Source: Anaerolineae bacterium (GTDB lineage: Bacteria; Chloroflexota; Anaerolineae; CAZYHC01). From it: a stretch of DNA of 64,000 nucleotides. The translations under genes were made by a program, and so were the position numbers. The DNA lies in the NCBI GenBank assembly GCA_034417895.1, contig DAOULT010000027.1, positions 3,738-67,737 of the forward strand, written 5' to 3'. Shown here piece after piece: positions 20,801-31,063 of this stretch; within the stretch, counting starts at the first letter, position 1, and the number at the start of each line of letters is the position of its first letter. The notes below the pieces were generated by a model that was given only the letters and a program-made list of their open reading frames with translations, did no database searches and had not been told where the DNA came from.

Positions 20801-21798
20801 GAGGACACTCCCAAAAAGTTCTTGTACCAGTCAATAGTTCGCTGCAACCCTTCCTCGAGGGTGAACAAAGGACGCCAGCCCAGCATACGCCGTGCCTTAG
20901 CCGCGCTTAGATACTGGCGACGGATCTCGTTGCTCGCCTCGTTTAGTATATCAGGCGCCAGATCGGAGCCCATCAGCGCCAGGATGCGTTCTACCAACTC
21001 TAGCACTGTCACTTGTGCTTCATTAGAAAAGTTAAATGCCTGGCCGCGCAGGTCAGGGTTATCGGCCAGCCGTTCGGCCAGCAACGTGTAGGCTGCTGCC
21101 CCATCCTCTACATAGAAATAATCTCGCACATAGTGACCATCGGAGCGGATGATGGGCCGCTGGCTTCGCAACACTGAGCGGATCGTCCCCGGCACGATGC
21201 GGTTCCAATTCAGGTCACCGCCGCCGTAGAAATTGCCGCAGCGAGTGATCGCCACAGACAGGCCGTAAGTCGTCGCATACGCCTGCGCAATCAAGTCAGC
21301 ACATGACTTGCTTACGTCGTAAGGATGACTTCCCTGGAGCGGGGTCTCTTCACTATAAGGTAGCGTATCGTGCTCACCATAGGCCTTATCCGACGAAGCC
21401 AGCACAATCTGCTTCACCATCGGGCTACGTCGGCACGCCTCCAGCAGTGACCAGGTCCCGCCAATGTTAGTCTCAAACGTGGAGACAGGATTGCGGTTGG
21501 CGATACCGACGATAGTTTGCGCCGCCAGGTGAATGACCGTATCTATCTCATACTCCCCCAGCACCCGCTCCAGCAAAACCTGATCCCGCACGTCACCGCG
21601 CACCACCTTGACCCGCTCGATCAATCGACTGCACACCAACTCACTCTGTGGCACCCAATCACGCACCAGGCACACCACATCAGCGCCCAGGTCGAGCACC
21701 CTCCGCACCAGCCATCCCCCCACTAGGCCAGTGGCGCCTGTGACGAAGGTCGGGCGGTCTTGCCAGAAGCGGTTGTTGACAGCCATCGTCACTCCCAA
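20797..21798 (-). CDS. rfbG: CDP-glucose 4,6-dehydratase
   Basis: [32 protein letters not shown]; adjacent to rfbF. Confidence 0.8.
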   Translation of the reverse strand: MGVTMAVNNRFWQDRPTFVTGATGLVGGWLVRRVLDLGADVVCLVRDWVPQSELVCSRLIERVKVVRGDVRDQVLLERVLGEYEIDTVIHLAAQTIVGIANRNPVSTFETNIGGTWSLLEACRRSPMVKQIVLASSDKAYGEHDTLPYSEETPLQGSHPYDVSKSCADLIAQAYATTYGLSVAITRCGNFYGGGDLNWNRIVPGTIRSVLRSQRPIIRSDGHYVRDYFYVEDGAAAYTLLAERLADNPDLRGQAFNFSNEAQVTVLELVERILALMGSDLAPDILNEASNEIRRQYLSAAKARRMLGWRPLFTLEEGLQRTIDWYKNFLGVSS

Positions 21799-22589
21799 AC
21801 CTTCCAGGGCGGTTTGTCACTCCGCCACAGGCTTTCCAGCAGCCGCACATCGCGCAAGGTGTCCATGCATTGCCAGAAGCGGTCGTGACGGTAGGCCGCG
21901 AGCTGGCCGTCAGCCGCTAATCGTTCCAGTGCATGTGCTTCCAGGATGGTGGCATCCTCCTCCAGATAGTCGAAAACCCCCGGTTCAAAGACCAGGAACC
22001 CCCCGTTGATCCAACCCTCGCCAATCTGTGGTTTCTCCGTGAATTCAGCCACCAGGTCGCCGTCAAAGATCAGACCACCGAACCGGGCGGGCGGGCGAAC
22101 GGCCGTTACCGTCGCCAGCCGTCCGTGGGCCCGATGGAAACGTAACAAGTCGTCGAGAGCAACGTCACTCACGCCGTCCCCGTAAGTCATCATGAAGGTC
22201 TCATCTTTCAACCATGGTTCCAGACGCTTGACACGGCCACCGGTCATCGTATGCAGGCCGGTATCTATGAGGTGCAAAACCCAGTCCTCACATTCTTCGT
22301 TATGCACTCGAACATCGCCATTAGACAGGCTGATTGTCATACTGCCACTCAGTGCGTAGTAGTCGAGAAAGTAGCGTTTGATCGCCTCGCCTTTATAGCC
22401 CAAGGCGATAAAGAACTCCTTGAAGCCATAGTGGGCATAGTGCTTCATAATGTGCCAAATAATTGGCCGCCCGCCGATCTCCACCATCGGCTTGGGCTTG
22501 ACTTCTGTTTCTTCGGCCAGGCGTGTGCCGAAGCCGCCGGCAAGGATGACTACCTTTACCTTGTGTCGATCAGTAAACATGGTATCCAC
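21789..22589 (-). CDS. rfbF: Glucose-1-phosphate cytidylyltransferase
   Basis: [43 protein letters not shown]. Confidence 0.92.
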   Translation of the reverse strand: MDTMFTDRHKVKVVILAGGFGTRLAEETEVKPKPMVEIGGRPIIWHIMKHYAHYGFKEFFIALGYKGEAIKRYFLDYYALSGSMTISLSNGDVRVHNEECEDWVLHLIDTGLHTMTGGRVKRLEPWLKDETFMMTYGDGVSDVALDDLLRFHRAHGRLATVTAVRPPARFGGLIFDGDLVAEFTEKPQIGEGWINGGFLVFEPGVFDYLEEDATILEAHALERLAADGQLAAYRHDRFWQCMDTLRDVRLLESLWRSDKPPWKVWE

Positions 22590-23898
22590 CCAGATTTTCT
22601 GAAACCACTTCCAACTCCTCGTCAGACAGGAGCATCGCGTATTTGCGCAGAAAATCCCGCCCCACCCGAGAAGTTGCTTTATAAGAATAGTGGCCGGGTT
22701 TCATTAGAGACTTAAATCGCTCCTGTAATCGTTCATCCTCAGCGGTGTACGTCAAAGTCCCTTCTGTTCTCTCAAGCATCTCTAGAGCAAGGTCCCTGAT
22801 ATCATCTGGAGAATTGTCTATTACCTGTACACCAGCCTCGGTGTATAAAGGTGTGTAGCGGAAATTGCCTATTGGAGAATTGAGAACTTCCTTGAAACTC
22901 AGATAGCGCTGTTCCTTCAAGGACCACAGCAGCTTAGGTATGCCTATGTCACGAGGCCCGTAGGGGAGAACCACCGACATTGGGGCCTGGTTTGCTACAG
23001 CACAGGGAACGCCAAAGATATTCGCTACATTATATAGTCCAGAAGAGCTACCCAAGAGGAACCCGCAGCTTGCGCACAGAAAGATGTCCATCCAATCACT
23101 TCTAATGCCGAGGTGCGCATAGTCAATGACACGCTCCATCGGCGGGAGCGGTTTCATGGTTGGGTCTCCCAGCCGGATGCACCAACCGCTACGTTCGACG
23201 ATAGCTTGCATGGCAGGAATATAACTGTAAGGATCGGCGTTCCGATAATCATGGTTCCCTTCGTCTTCGCCTACCGTCTGGAAGTACCCCCTCTCTCTAC
23301 AATGAACGCAGACGTACCAGTCTTCGTCGGACAAACCGAGCTGACGCAGGACGTGTTGCCCCCGTTCACGATCGCGCTCAGACAGCGAAAGAAGTGGCGC
23401 CCGGTCACCCCATCTGCTCTGAATAGCAGGATAGCCGGCAGTCGTATCGACGATAGATGCGTAGTGTCCAACATCGAAGCGAGCGGCCCTGAAGTCACCA
23501 AGGGGGGCGAGCAATCGGCAGAGGAAAGGAGACGCGATGATCGTGAGGTACTGCTTCCAGTATTCCAACAAGGAGCGGTTTGCTACCCGGTTTCGATCTG
23601 CGAGCAACACCCCAATGTAGCGGGGATGCAATCCCAGGATACCCCCCTTTACATAGCAGTCTGGTTCCAGGGCGAGGTGTCCGATGTGCGCTATTTTCAC
23701 CCTCCACAGAAGTCGGACGCCCAGCACGTGCAGCGCGTATGCTAATACTATGCCTGCTGAGTAGGTATATATGACCCGAGCGACCCTCAATGCTCCTGTT
23801 CTCAAGCACCACACGATGCCCTTCTCCCGCACCTTGTCGGCCAGGAAGTGGGGTGACAGGTAGCGTTTCCAGCGTGAAATACTACCACTCGCGGTCAT
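22570..23898 (-). CDS. TIGR04372-family putative glycosyltransferase
   Basis: HIGHL, VCVHCRE, YRNAD, IRLGD, DIFLCASCGFLLGSSSGL motifs recognised from this family. Confidence 0.7.
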   Translation of the reverse strand: MTASGSISRWKRYLSPHFLADKVREKGIVWCLRTGALRVARVIYTYSAGIVLAYALHVLGVRLLWRVKIAHIGHLALEPDCYVKGGILGLHPRYIGVLLADRNRVANRSLLEYWKQYLTIIASPFLCRLLAPLGDFRAARFDVGHYASIVDTTAGYPAIQSRWGDRAPLLSLSERDRERGQHVLRQLGLSDEDWYVCVHCRERGYFQTVGEDEGNHDYRNADPYSYIPAMQAIVERSGWCIRLGDPTMKPLPPMERVIDYAHLGIRSDWMDIFLCASCGFLLGSSSGLYNVANIFGVPCAVANQAPMSVVLPYGPRDIGIPKLLWSLKEQRYLSFKEVLNSPIGNFRYTPLYTEAGVQVIDNSPDDIRDLALEMLERTEGTLTYTAEDERLQERFKSLMKPGHYSYKATSRVGRDFLRKYAMLLSDEELEVVSENLGGYHVY

Positions 23899-24974
23899 CG
23901 TTCGCCCCTGCTCTTATGCTGAGCCATGTCAATCAGTATCCGACCGACCTGGCCCTGCTCCAGGTAGTCCAATGCCTGGTTGATGTCGCTCAGACTGTGG
24001 GTGTGGGTGATCAGCCCGTCCAGCTTCAACCTTCCAGACAGGTATAAATCTACGTACAGCGGGATGTCACGATCTGGTTGGGTCTCTCCTCCCCAGGTGC
24101 CGACGATCCGTTTGCCCTTAATCAAGTCGAATGGATCCAGGCTGATGCGCCCTCCGTGCGGCAGGTTGCCGGCCAGCACACACAGCCCGCCGTTGTCGCG
24201 CCCGGCCTGGAACGCAGTTTCCATGGTCTCCTGCCGTCCAGCGGCCTCGATGGCATAGTCCACGCCTCGCCCTCCGGTGATTTCCAGGATGGTTGCCAGC
24301 GGGTCCTGGTGGCGCACGTTAATCAGGTGCGTGGCGCCGACCCGACGGGCCTGCTCAAGCTTATGGTCGAACACGTCAACAGCGATGATGGTCGTGGCGT
24401 GCACCAAGTCGGCGGCCAGCACCGCGCTCAGCCCGATTCCGCCCACACCGAAGACGGCCACACTGCTACCGGGTTGCACCCTGGCTGTGTTCAAGACGAT
24501 CCCGGCCCCGGTGGGGATGGCGCACCCCAACAGACTCGCCTCACGCAGCGGCATGGCTTCGGAAATAGGGGTCACCCGGTTCTCACACGTGATGGTCTGG
24601 CGCATAAAGGTGCTGATCGCCCCGGAGTTGATTGGGCCTTCCAGGCTCTGGTAGACTGTGGATGGCACATCGGCCCCGCTGCCTTTGATCCAGGAAAGCA
24701 CCACGCGGTCACCAGGTTTGACCTTCGTAACGTCTGCGCCCACTTCCAGCACCGTTCCTGAGCCTTCGTGCCCCAGGGCGTGAGGAAGAAAGCGGTCGGG
24801 TCCTCGCTTGCCGCGCACCTCCAGAAGCTGGCTGTGACACACGCTGCTGTAGGCCACCTCGACCAGAACCTGTCCGGGCTTCAGGTCAGGAATGGTCAAT
24901 GTTAAGAGACGTAGCGGTTGATTTAACTCAAACAAAACGGCTGCTTCGGTTTGCATAGAGATCGAAGTCAACAC
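23895..24974 (-). CDS. Zinc-dependent alcohol dehydrogenase (MDR family)
   Basis: VCHS, LGHEGSG, LGCAIPTG, VFGVGGIG. Confidence 0.9.
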   Translation of the reverse strand: MLTSISMQTEAAVLFELNQPLRLLTLTIPDLKPGQVLVEVAYSSVCHSQLLEVRGKRGPDRFLPHALGHEGSGTVLEVGADVTKVKPGDRVVLSWIKGSGADVPSTVYQSLEGPINSGAISTFMRQTITCENRVTPISEAMPLREASLLGCAIPTGAGIVLNTARVQPGSSVAVFGVGGIGLSAVLAADLVHATTIIAVDVFDHKLEQARRVGATHLINVRHQDPLATILEITGGRGVDYAIEAAGRQETMETAFQAGRDNGGLCVLAGNLPHGGRISLDPFDLIKGKRIVGTWGGETQPDRDIPLYVDLYLSGRLKLDGLITHTHSLSDINQALDYLEQGQVGRILIDMAQHKSRGER

Positions 24975-25508
24975 TTACCCTTCAACGTATGTATGGTATG
25001 CGAAGAGCGCTATAATAGAAAGGCTATCTACGATTTGCTGAGCAAACACCATATCGATGCAACGCGCCAATGGGATCCAGACTCGCCGCTCAGCGTTATC
25101 TTCTGCCCTTTCCTCAAGCTCTTCTGAGTAAAATACGTAGGTATAGTTTTTCCATATATCCAGGCTGGGATGGTAGCTAACCAGCGGCTTTAAGTTCAAA
25201 CCCCGAACTCCTGTCTCTTCCAGACACTCCCGAATAGCGGCAGCCTCAGGCGTTTCGCCCTCATCAACTCGGCCACCTGGAACCTCGTAAGAAAGTCCGT
25301 CGATAAGAAGTCGGTACTGCCTCGCTAACAACACTTCGCCATTGCGCACAGCCACCAGGGCCGCGCGTTGGCCGTGATCTGATACGTAGTATTCTTTGCT
25401 GAAGCCCTCAAATCGAGCAACGACTCTGTATAATTTCTGATTCCTATCCTGGTAGACAAGCTCTTGCGGCTCTATGCTCAACGGAAATAAAGTTGTTTCA
25501 CTCATCAA
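24975..25508 (-). CDS. NUDIX hydrolase
   Basis: Nudix box GGRVDEGETPEAAAIRECLEETG. Confidence 0.92.
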   Translation of the reverse strand: MMSETTLFPLSIEPQELVYQDRNQKLYRVVARFEGFSKEYYVSDHGQRAALVAVRNGEVLLARQYRLLIDGLSYEVPGGRVDEGETPEAAAIRECLEETGVRGLNLKPLVSYHPSLDIWKNYTYVFYSEELEERAEDNAERRVWIPLARCIDMVFAQQIVDSLSIIALFAYHTYVEG

Positions 25509-25529
25509 TCGTTCACTTTCTCCAACACG

Positions 25530-26207
25530 CTATTCAGCGATGAACCAATAATAATCACCTGTATAGCCGACTTCCGCGAAAAGCTTTTTCCAATCATCCA
25601 CATGCATGTAGGTCAGAGCAGTCAGGTTCCACTTCATCAGGCGTTCTTGCTCTTCCTCCGTCCGCCAGGCGTCCATCGTGACGAAGGCGTGCTTGCGGCT
25701 CACCCGCTGAATCTCTCGTAGGGCTTGCCTGCACTCTCCTAACGGCAGGTTGTGTACAGTATTGATGGAAATCACCAGGTCGAACGAGTTATCCTCATAC
25801 GGCAACTCCTTGGCGTTGCCCACCCGCAAGAAAGGCTTGACGGTCTCGATGGCGTGCTCGATAGCATATTCGGAGATGTCAAGGCCCGCGATGGTGAGAT
25901 TCGGCACGAGTTCCTTGAAATCGTGCAGCATGAATCCTTTGGCACAGCCCACGTCCAGTACGCTGGCGTCCTCGGCCAGCTTGTAGTGGTCCCGGAAGCG
26001 CTTGACCGTCGCCTGCCAGAAGCGAGGATGGTAGGAGTAACCGCCGTAGCCGTATAGACGCTCGCCATCGAAATACTCTTTGCCAAACTGGCGGGCGACT
26101 TTGCGGTGCTCTTCGGTGATCAGCTTACCCCGCTCCTCGATCGGGCGCTTCGAGCGCGGATACAGATCCAACAAATTGATTTCTTCCCCCATGTTTCTCC
26201 CTTCCAA
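25530..26207 (-). CDS. Class I SAM-dependent methyltransferase
   Basis: VLDVGCAKGF, GLDISEY, FDLVISINTVHNL; true start may be ATG 26192. Confidence 0.85.
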   Translation of the reverse strand: MEGRNMGEEINLLDLYPRSKRPIEERGKLITEEHRKVARQFGKEYFDGERLYGYGGYSYHPRFWQATVKRFRDHYKLAEDASVLDVGCAKGFMLHDFKELVPNLTIAGLDISEYAIEHAIETVKPFLRVGNAKELPYEDNSFDLVISINTVHNLPLGECRQALREIQRVSRKHAFVTMDAWRTEEEQERLMKWNLTALTYMHVDDWKKLFAEVGYTGDYYWFIAE

Positions 26208-26277
26208 AATGATCGATTTCTATCAAGTGCGCCCCCGCTTCAAACTGCTCGGTTCACCATGCGGACAGATTTATGGA

Positions 26278-28059
26278 TTACTCTAGTGATGCTTTCATTG
26301 GTTTGACAATCATATTCTCTAGAAATTCTCTCCTGTCTAACAAAGGTTCCGCATCCTCTATAGGTCTTCCAAATTTTGTCTGTGGAATAACTCTATGCTC
26401 TGGACTAATCTCAACATTGCCAAAGACCGGTCCATGGCTATTCAATACTTCTCTTATTCGCGCGTGTACTTCTCCATTGTTAGTAATGGTTACTGTTTTA
26501 TAACCATAAGCATCTGCAACTTTCACAAAGTCAGGAAATGCCAGGCCGCCTTCTATTGAGGATGCCAGATATCTGGAGCCCAGCCATTGGTCTTGTGTTT
26601 GCCGGATCATGTTATACCCATGGTTGTTGATCAGGAAAATCTTGATCGGTAACTGATGTCTCATAACGGTAGCCAGTTCCTGGATGTTCATTTGTAGGCT
26701 GCCATCTCCGGTCACACAGATAATCGGTTTTCTATCAAGCGCAAAACAGGCCCCAATACTGGCGGGCAACGCGTACCCCATAGCCGTGTTGTTGAAATCA
26801 TGGAATAGCCTCTGGTTCGGTTTGACCTCAAAGGCTTGCATCATCCAGGCCAGGGCACAACCAGTATCAACAAAGATCACGCTTCCTTCGGCTGATTCTT
26901 TCGACAAAGCCTTCACAAATACATACGGGTTGACTTCCTCCTGCTCCCAATACTCTGGCAGACAAATCGGATATCTCTTCTTCCACGCCGAAATCCGTTC
27001 AGTCCACTCCGAGATGTCCTGCTTTGAAAACCCAGCGACTCTTTGGTTAATCACCTGAAGAAAGTCCTTTGCATTAGCGCAAATGGGTAGAACACCTTCC
27101 ATTCCAAGCATTCCAAACTTGTTCAATTCATTAGGATCTATATCAACGATGATTTTCTTGGCTTCTCTGGCGAAAGTAGTTCTAGGGCTACCAGCCGCAC
27201 GCGTATCTAATCGAGCACCAATGGCCAGAATCAGATCGGCATTCTGAACGGTAAAGTTACCATAGCGGGTGCCGTGAGTTCCGAATGCACCCACTACAAG
27301 ATGATGGCTAGAAGGCAGTATATCCCTCATCGCCCAGGTCGGCGCGACTGGAAAACCCAACTTTTCAATGAATTCCCGCACCTCCCCATCCGCTTTGGCT
27401 AAGCGAATTCCCCAACCTAAGATAATGACTGGCCTTTTCGCCTTTTCAAGTATCTCAATACACCTGTCTACTTGATCCACCAACTCACTCAGGTCTCTGG
27501 TTTCCGGTTCGGGGGTGAACGACTCTAATTCACCAGGACTGATCTGTCCCCTTTGAAGGTCGTCAGGGATATCTAACAACACGGGTCCAGGTCTACCGGA
27601 CCTGGCCAAATAACATGCCTTTTCCAACTCGTACCGGATTCTCGCGGGATCATCTACCCGCACGGCGTACTTGGTAATTGGCTTGTATATATCAACCACG
27701 TCCGTTTCTTGAAAGCCCATTTGTCTAACGCCGGTATCTCTCTTCAGCCTGAAGGTTGTAACTTGCCCTGTAATGTAGATAACAGGAACAGAGTCATAAT
27801 AGGCGCAGCAAACGCCCGTCACCATATTGGTGGCCCCAGGTCCGCTTGTTGAAATCGCAGCCCCCAAATTCCCAGTCGCCCTTGAATAGGCATCAGCCGC
27901 CATGGCGCCAGCCTGCTCATGCTGCGGGCAAACGTAGTCAATCTCCGGATGTTTGGCTATCGAATCAACTAGATGCACGGAGGCTCCCCCAGATATGGCA
28001 AACACATGCCGGATACCTTGGCGGGCCAAAAAATCGGCAACGTAATCAGAAAGTTTCAC
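26278..28059 (-). CDS. Thiamine-diphosphate enzyme, acetolactate synthase-like (possible YerE-type carboligase)
   Basis: HEQAGAMAAD, TSGPG, GFQE, GDGSLQMN...NN ThDP-binding motif. Confidence 0.9.
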   Translation of the reverse strand: MKLSDYVADFLARQGIRHVFAISGGASVHLVDSIAKHPEIDYVCPQHEQAGAMAADAYSRATGNLGAAISTSGPGATNMVTGVCCAYYDSVPVIYITGQVTTFRLKRDTGVRQMGFQETDVVDIYKPITKYAVRVDDPARIRYELEKACYLARSGRPGPVLLDIPDDLQRGQISPGELESFTPEPETRDLSELVDQVDRCIEILEKAKRPVIILGWGIRLAKADGEVREFIEKLGFPVAPTWAMRDILPSSHHLVVGAFGTHGTRYGNFTVQNADLILAIGARLDTRAAGSPRTTFAREAKKIIVDIDPNELNKFGMLGMEGVLPICANAKDFLQVINQRVAGFSKQDISEWTERISAWKKRYPICLPEYWEQEEVNPYVFVKALSKESAEGSVIFVDTGCALAWMMQAFEVKPNQRLFHDFNNTAMGYALPASIGACFALDRKPIICVTGDGSLQMNIQELATVMRHQLPIKIFLINNHGYNMIRQTQDQWLGSRYLASSIEGGLAFPDFVKVADAYGYKTVTITNNGEVHARIREVLNSHGPVFGNVEISPEHRVIPQTKFGRPIEDAEPLLDRREFLENMIVKPMKASLE

Positions 28060-28074
28060 ACGATTCTCCTAGAC

Positions 28075-28413
28075 TTATCCTTCCCAGGGTATCTCACTCT
28101 TGCAGGTCACAAAAAGTGTGCCTTCACGATAGCTCGTGGGCATATCATCAACATCACGCACTGGCTGCCAATTAGTTTTTTGAGAGAAAAATAGATTTAG
28201 CGAGTCAATAGCACCCATGGCATGGTACGGGAATACCAGCTCTCCAAATGGCTTAAATTCCTTTACTTGTGGTTCATGTTCATAAAACAAGTCCTCAACT
28301 TCTCTGCGAGCTACTTGTTTCAGTAGAGCGTACACTTTTGACCCAGGGGCGTGTTGGCTACTCAGAGACGGGAGTGCCAGAAAAAGACTTTCAAAGATAG
28401 AAGCAGAACTCAT
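28075..28413 (-). pseudogene. FkbM-type methyltransferase with in-frame internal deletion (N- and C-termini fused)
   Basis: 112 aa. N-part ends PFGELVFPYHAMGAIDSLNLF and C-part FSQKTNW...DMPTSYREGTLF...PW; both resemble, from recall, the termini of roughly 300-aa FkbM proteins in this kind of cassette. No DIGAN/KMD core is present. Confidence 0.6.
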
Positions 28414-28423
28414 GTCCCCTCCA

Positions 28424-29260
28424 TTAGTTCCGGTTCTTCACCAACCAGTCATTGCCATATCGTCTTAGTTTGTACATGTTGGGTTCCTCGGCCAGTTTTC
28501 TATCCAATTCCTCGGTTCCCCACATGTCAAACACCACGCTGAAGTTGCGTCCACCTATCAACTCACGTGGAGCATCGAGCGCCCAGTCGCAACAGTCCAA
28601 GACTTGATCCATCGAAGTGCATTCGTCGCCAGCCAGTTTATCCATTGTACGCTGATAATTATCTCCGGCGCGCTCACCTGCCCGTAACGTTGATTCATGT
28701 ATCTTTGTCTTTACCCAACCAGGACCGATCATCACAAAGCGAGTATCGGGTATTTCGGCGTCCAACAGCTCACACATTTTGATCAGGGCTATCTTTGAGA
28801 CGACATATGCTGAGTAGTTGACAGGAGCGTTGTTCGTTCCTCCACCAGCAAAGAGCAGGACACATGGCCCAAGAGGAAGGTTGACGCGTCTTGATGGTAG
28901 CAATTCATGAATGATACGCATCTGGCTGGTAAAGTTCACCCTCACAGATTCTTCCCATTCGTCAAAGCTGCATTCGGCAAAGGCCCCGACTGGATCCTGC
29001 GTGCCAGGACACATTACCAGAACATCCCATTGTGGACAGAATGTACGTAGATCGGAGCGAGCATTACCTATCGAGGCAGAATCTGCAAGGTCACAGTGGA
29101 TAAGCTTAACTCCAGCGCGAAGCAATTCATCGGTTGCTTGCGATTTAGTGCGATATGTTCCAAATATGTTCCAACCACGGGCCAACCACCTTCGACTCAT
29201 TGCGGTGCCAACATCACTGGAGGCGGAGATAATGATGGCTGAGCGGCCCTCTTTGACCAT
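28424..29260 (-). CDS. Short-chain dehydrogenase/reductase (classical SDR)
   Basis: IISASSDVG (degenerate TGxxxGxG), YSAYVVSK, GPGWVKT. Confidence 0.85.
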   Translation of the reverse strand: MVKEGRSAIIISASSDVGTAMSRRWLARGWNIFGTYRTKSQATDELLRAGVKLIHCDLADSASIGNARSDLRTFCPQWDVLVMCPGTQDPVGAFAECSFDEWEESVRVNFTSQMRIIHELLPSRRVNLPLGPCVLLFAGGGTNNAPVNYSAYVVSKIALIKMCELLDAEIPDTRFVMIGPGWVKTKIHESTLRAGERAGDNYQRTMDKLAGDECTSMDQVLDCCDWALDAPRELIGGRNFSVVFDMWGTEELDRKLAEEPNMYKLRRYGNDWLVKNRN

Positions 29261-29338
29261 GGGGGATATCCCCTTTCTTTCAAGAACCGTGTTCTTCCAT
29301 AAGCTGTGCAGACCTTCCGGTTCGCAACGACCGCAGTT

Positions 29339-30337
29339 TCAAGGTCGATGAACGTACTCCAGCGGCTCTTTTTGAATCTGTTCCCAGTTGTCCTCGACCC
29401 AGGCAATGACCCCGGTAAGCCCTTCCTCCAGCGAAATCTGCGGGTACCAGCCAAACTCTTCGCGTGCTTGGGTAGAATCAATGACGTAAGCAGCGTCCTG
29501 GCCCAACCGCTCGCCTACGGCGACAGTAGATGCCTCGAAGTCGCGACCCATGAGGTCACAGATCGTGTGCACGACATCGCGCACCGCGTAGCCCCTGTCA
29601 GGTGAGAGATGGTAGATCGTTCCGGGACGGCCTTTCTCCATAGCCGCCAGTTCCCCACGCGACACGTCACGGATGTGGATATAGGATTTAACCGCGACCC
29701 CACCACCATGCAGTTGGATCGTCTTCCCCACCTTCAGGTAGATGGCCGATCTGGGAATGATCTTGAACAATTGTTGATGCGCTCCGTATACGTTAGTGGA
29801 ACGAATCATGACGAGCGGGAATTGAAAGTTCTTGACCAACGTAAACAGAAACAGATCAGCCGCCGCTTTGGAGGCCGCGTAAGGCGTGCTGGGGTTCAGC
29901 GGCGCCGACTCGGTAACCCTGCCCTCGCAGGTGCCATAGACCTCCGGCGAGGAGATATGCGCGTAGCGTTTGAGATAGCCCCGATCCCGCAGCGCATTGG
30001 TCAGTCTGGCAAGGGCCACCGCATTGGTCTGGAACCACTGCTCCGGATGCTCCCAACTGGGGGCCACCTCACTCTGCGCCGCAAAGTTCACCACGTACTC
30101 AGGCTCAAAGGCATCCAGTAACTCGATGATGTGGGGCATGTGTTGGTTCAAATCCATCTGGTAGAACTTGAAGTTCGCCCCCGGTCGCCGCTTGTAGGGC
30201 AGGTACAGGGCGCTTTTCTCCGGCGACCGGCTCAGCCCGATGACTTCGTTTTGGTCGTCATCCAGGAGCAGGTCAATGAAATCGCCGCCGGAGAATGAAT
30301 TGCTGCCGATGACTACGATCTTGCGTTTATATGGCAA
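29339..30337 (-). CDS. NDP-sugar 4,6-dehydratase (RmlB/Gmd-like)
   Basis: IGSNSFSG, NFAAQSEV, ISSPEVYG, PYAASKAAAD. Confidence 0.8.
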   Translation of the reverse strand: MPYKRKIVVIGSNSFSGGDFIDLLLDDDQNEVIGLSRSPEKSALYLPYKRRPGANFKFYQMDLNQHMPHIIELLDAFEPEYVVNFAAQSEVAPSWEHPEQWFQTNAVALARLTNALRDRGYLKRYAHISSPEVYGTCEGRVTESAPLNPSTPYAASKAAADLFLFTLVKNFQFPLVMIRSTNVYGAHQQLFKIIPRSAIYLKVGKTIQLHGGGVAVKSYIHIRDVSRGELAAMEKGRPGTIYHLSPDRGYAVRDVVHTICDLMGRDFEASTVAVGERLGQDAAYVIDSTQAREEFGWYPQISLEEGLTGVIAWVEDNWEQIQKEPLEYVHRP

Positions 30338-30403
30338 AACTTTTTCCTCCTTCTGTCTTATGCCGCAAATACTGTCTTGGGCAAACGATGGGCATGGCGC
30401 TCA

Positions 30404-30793
30404 TTACCAGCTCTCGACCGCGAGCCCATTCACGTATGCGAAATGCTCGTCGTCCGTGGCCAATGTCCAACCATGTTCAAGGCATTGTGCAGCAATCCAG
30501 ATGTCATTGTCAGGGATCGGGCATCCCTTGCGCTTCAAGGCACAACGCGTTCTTGAGTAGATTGCGGCGGTTTCTCGCCCCATCGGCACCACAGTGCAAG
30601 CGTCCACGAACTGCAAGTAGCGGGTGAGGTTTTCCAGGGGACGCGCGGAATTCTCTGCTCCAAACAATAGTTCACCCACAACGATTAGCGGGAGCACGAC
30701 TGTCGGTAGAGCGGTGACTTTCGCCACCACGGTGGGGTCACCGTTGAGATGTCGAATCGCCATTGTACTATCCAGCGCGGTTTCACCAGGCAT
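30404..30793 (-). CDS. vapC: VapC PIN-domain toxin
   Basis: LDS, VGEL, IPDNDIWIAA, TDDEHF acidic tetrad. Start at ATG 30793 overlaps the antitoxin stop. Confidence 0.9.
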   Translation of the reverse strand: MPGETALDSTMAIRHLNGDPTVVAKVTALPTVVLPLIVVGELLFGAENSARPLENLTRYLQFVDACTVVPMGRETAAIYSRTRCALKRKGCPIPDNDIWIAAQCLEHGWTLATDDEHFAYVNGLAVESW

Positions 30794-31013
30794 CGGGGTC
30801 AATTCTTGCGAACTCCTCTTCGATGATACGCCGCAACTCCGCCGCTTCGTCGTCGCTGAGAATGCCGGCAAATCGCAAGAGTGGGTGCGGCGTGGTCTCT
30901 TCGCGCTGAATCGTGATCTTCACTTTGCAGTGCTCTGCGACACCCTCCAACGCTTTGAGTGGGCGCAGGACGCCGTTTTCGTAAATGGCTTCAACTGTTT
31001 GAGGTTGTGGCAT
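30783..31013 (-). CDS. AF2212/DUF104-family antitoxin
   Basis: 76 aa with EAIYENGVLRPL signature, directly upstream of and overlapping vapC. Confidence 0.85.
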   Translation of the reverse strand: MPQPQTVEAIYENGVLRPLKALEGVAEHCKVKITIQREETTPHPLLRFAGILSDDEAAELRRIIEEEFARIDPDAW

Positions 31014-31063
31014 AGCCTCCTCCGTATTAGCCGTTGGTTAGCCCCTCGGGCACAGCCCGCGTA

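Noticed and set aside
30338-31063. IS or MITE origin for the toxin-antitoxin insertion
   Set aside because: No terminal inverted repeats, target-site duplication or transposase remnant were found in the flanks.
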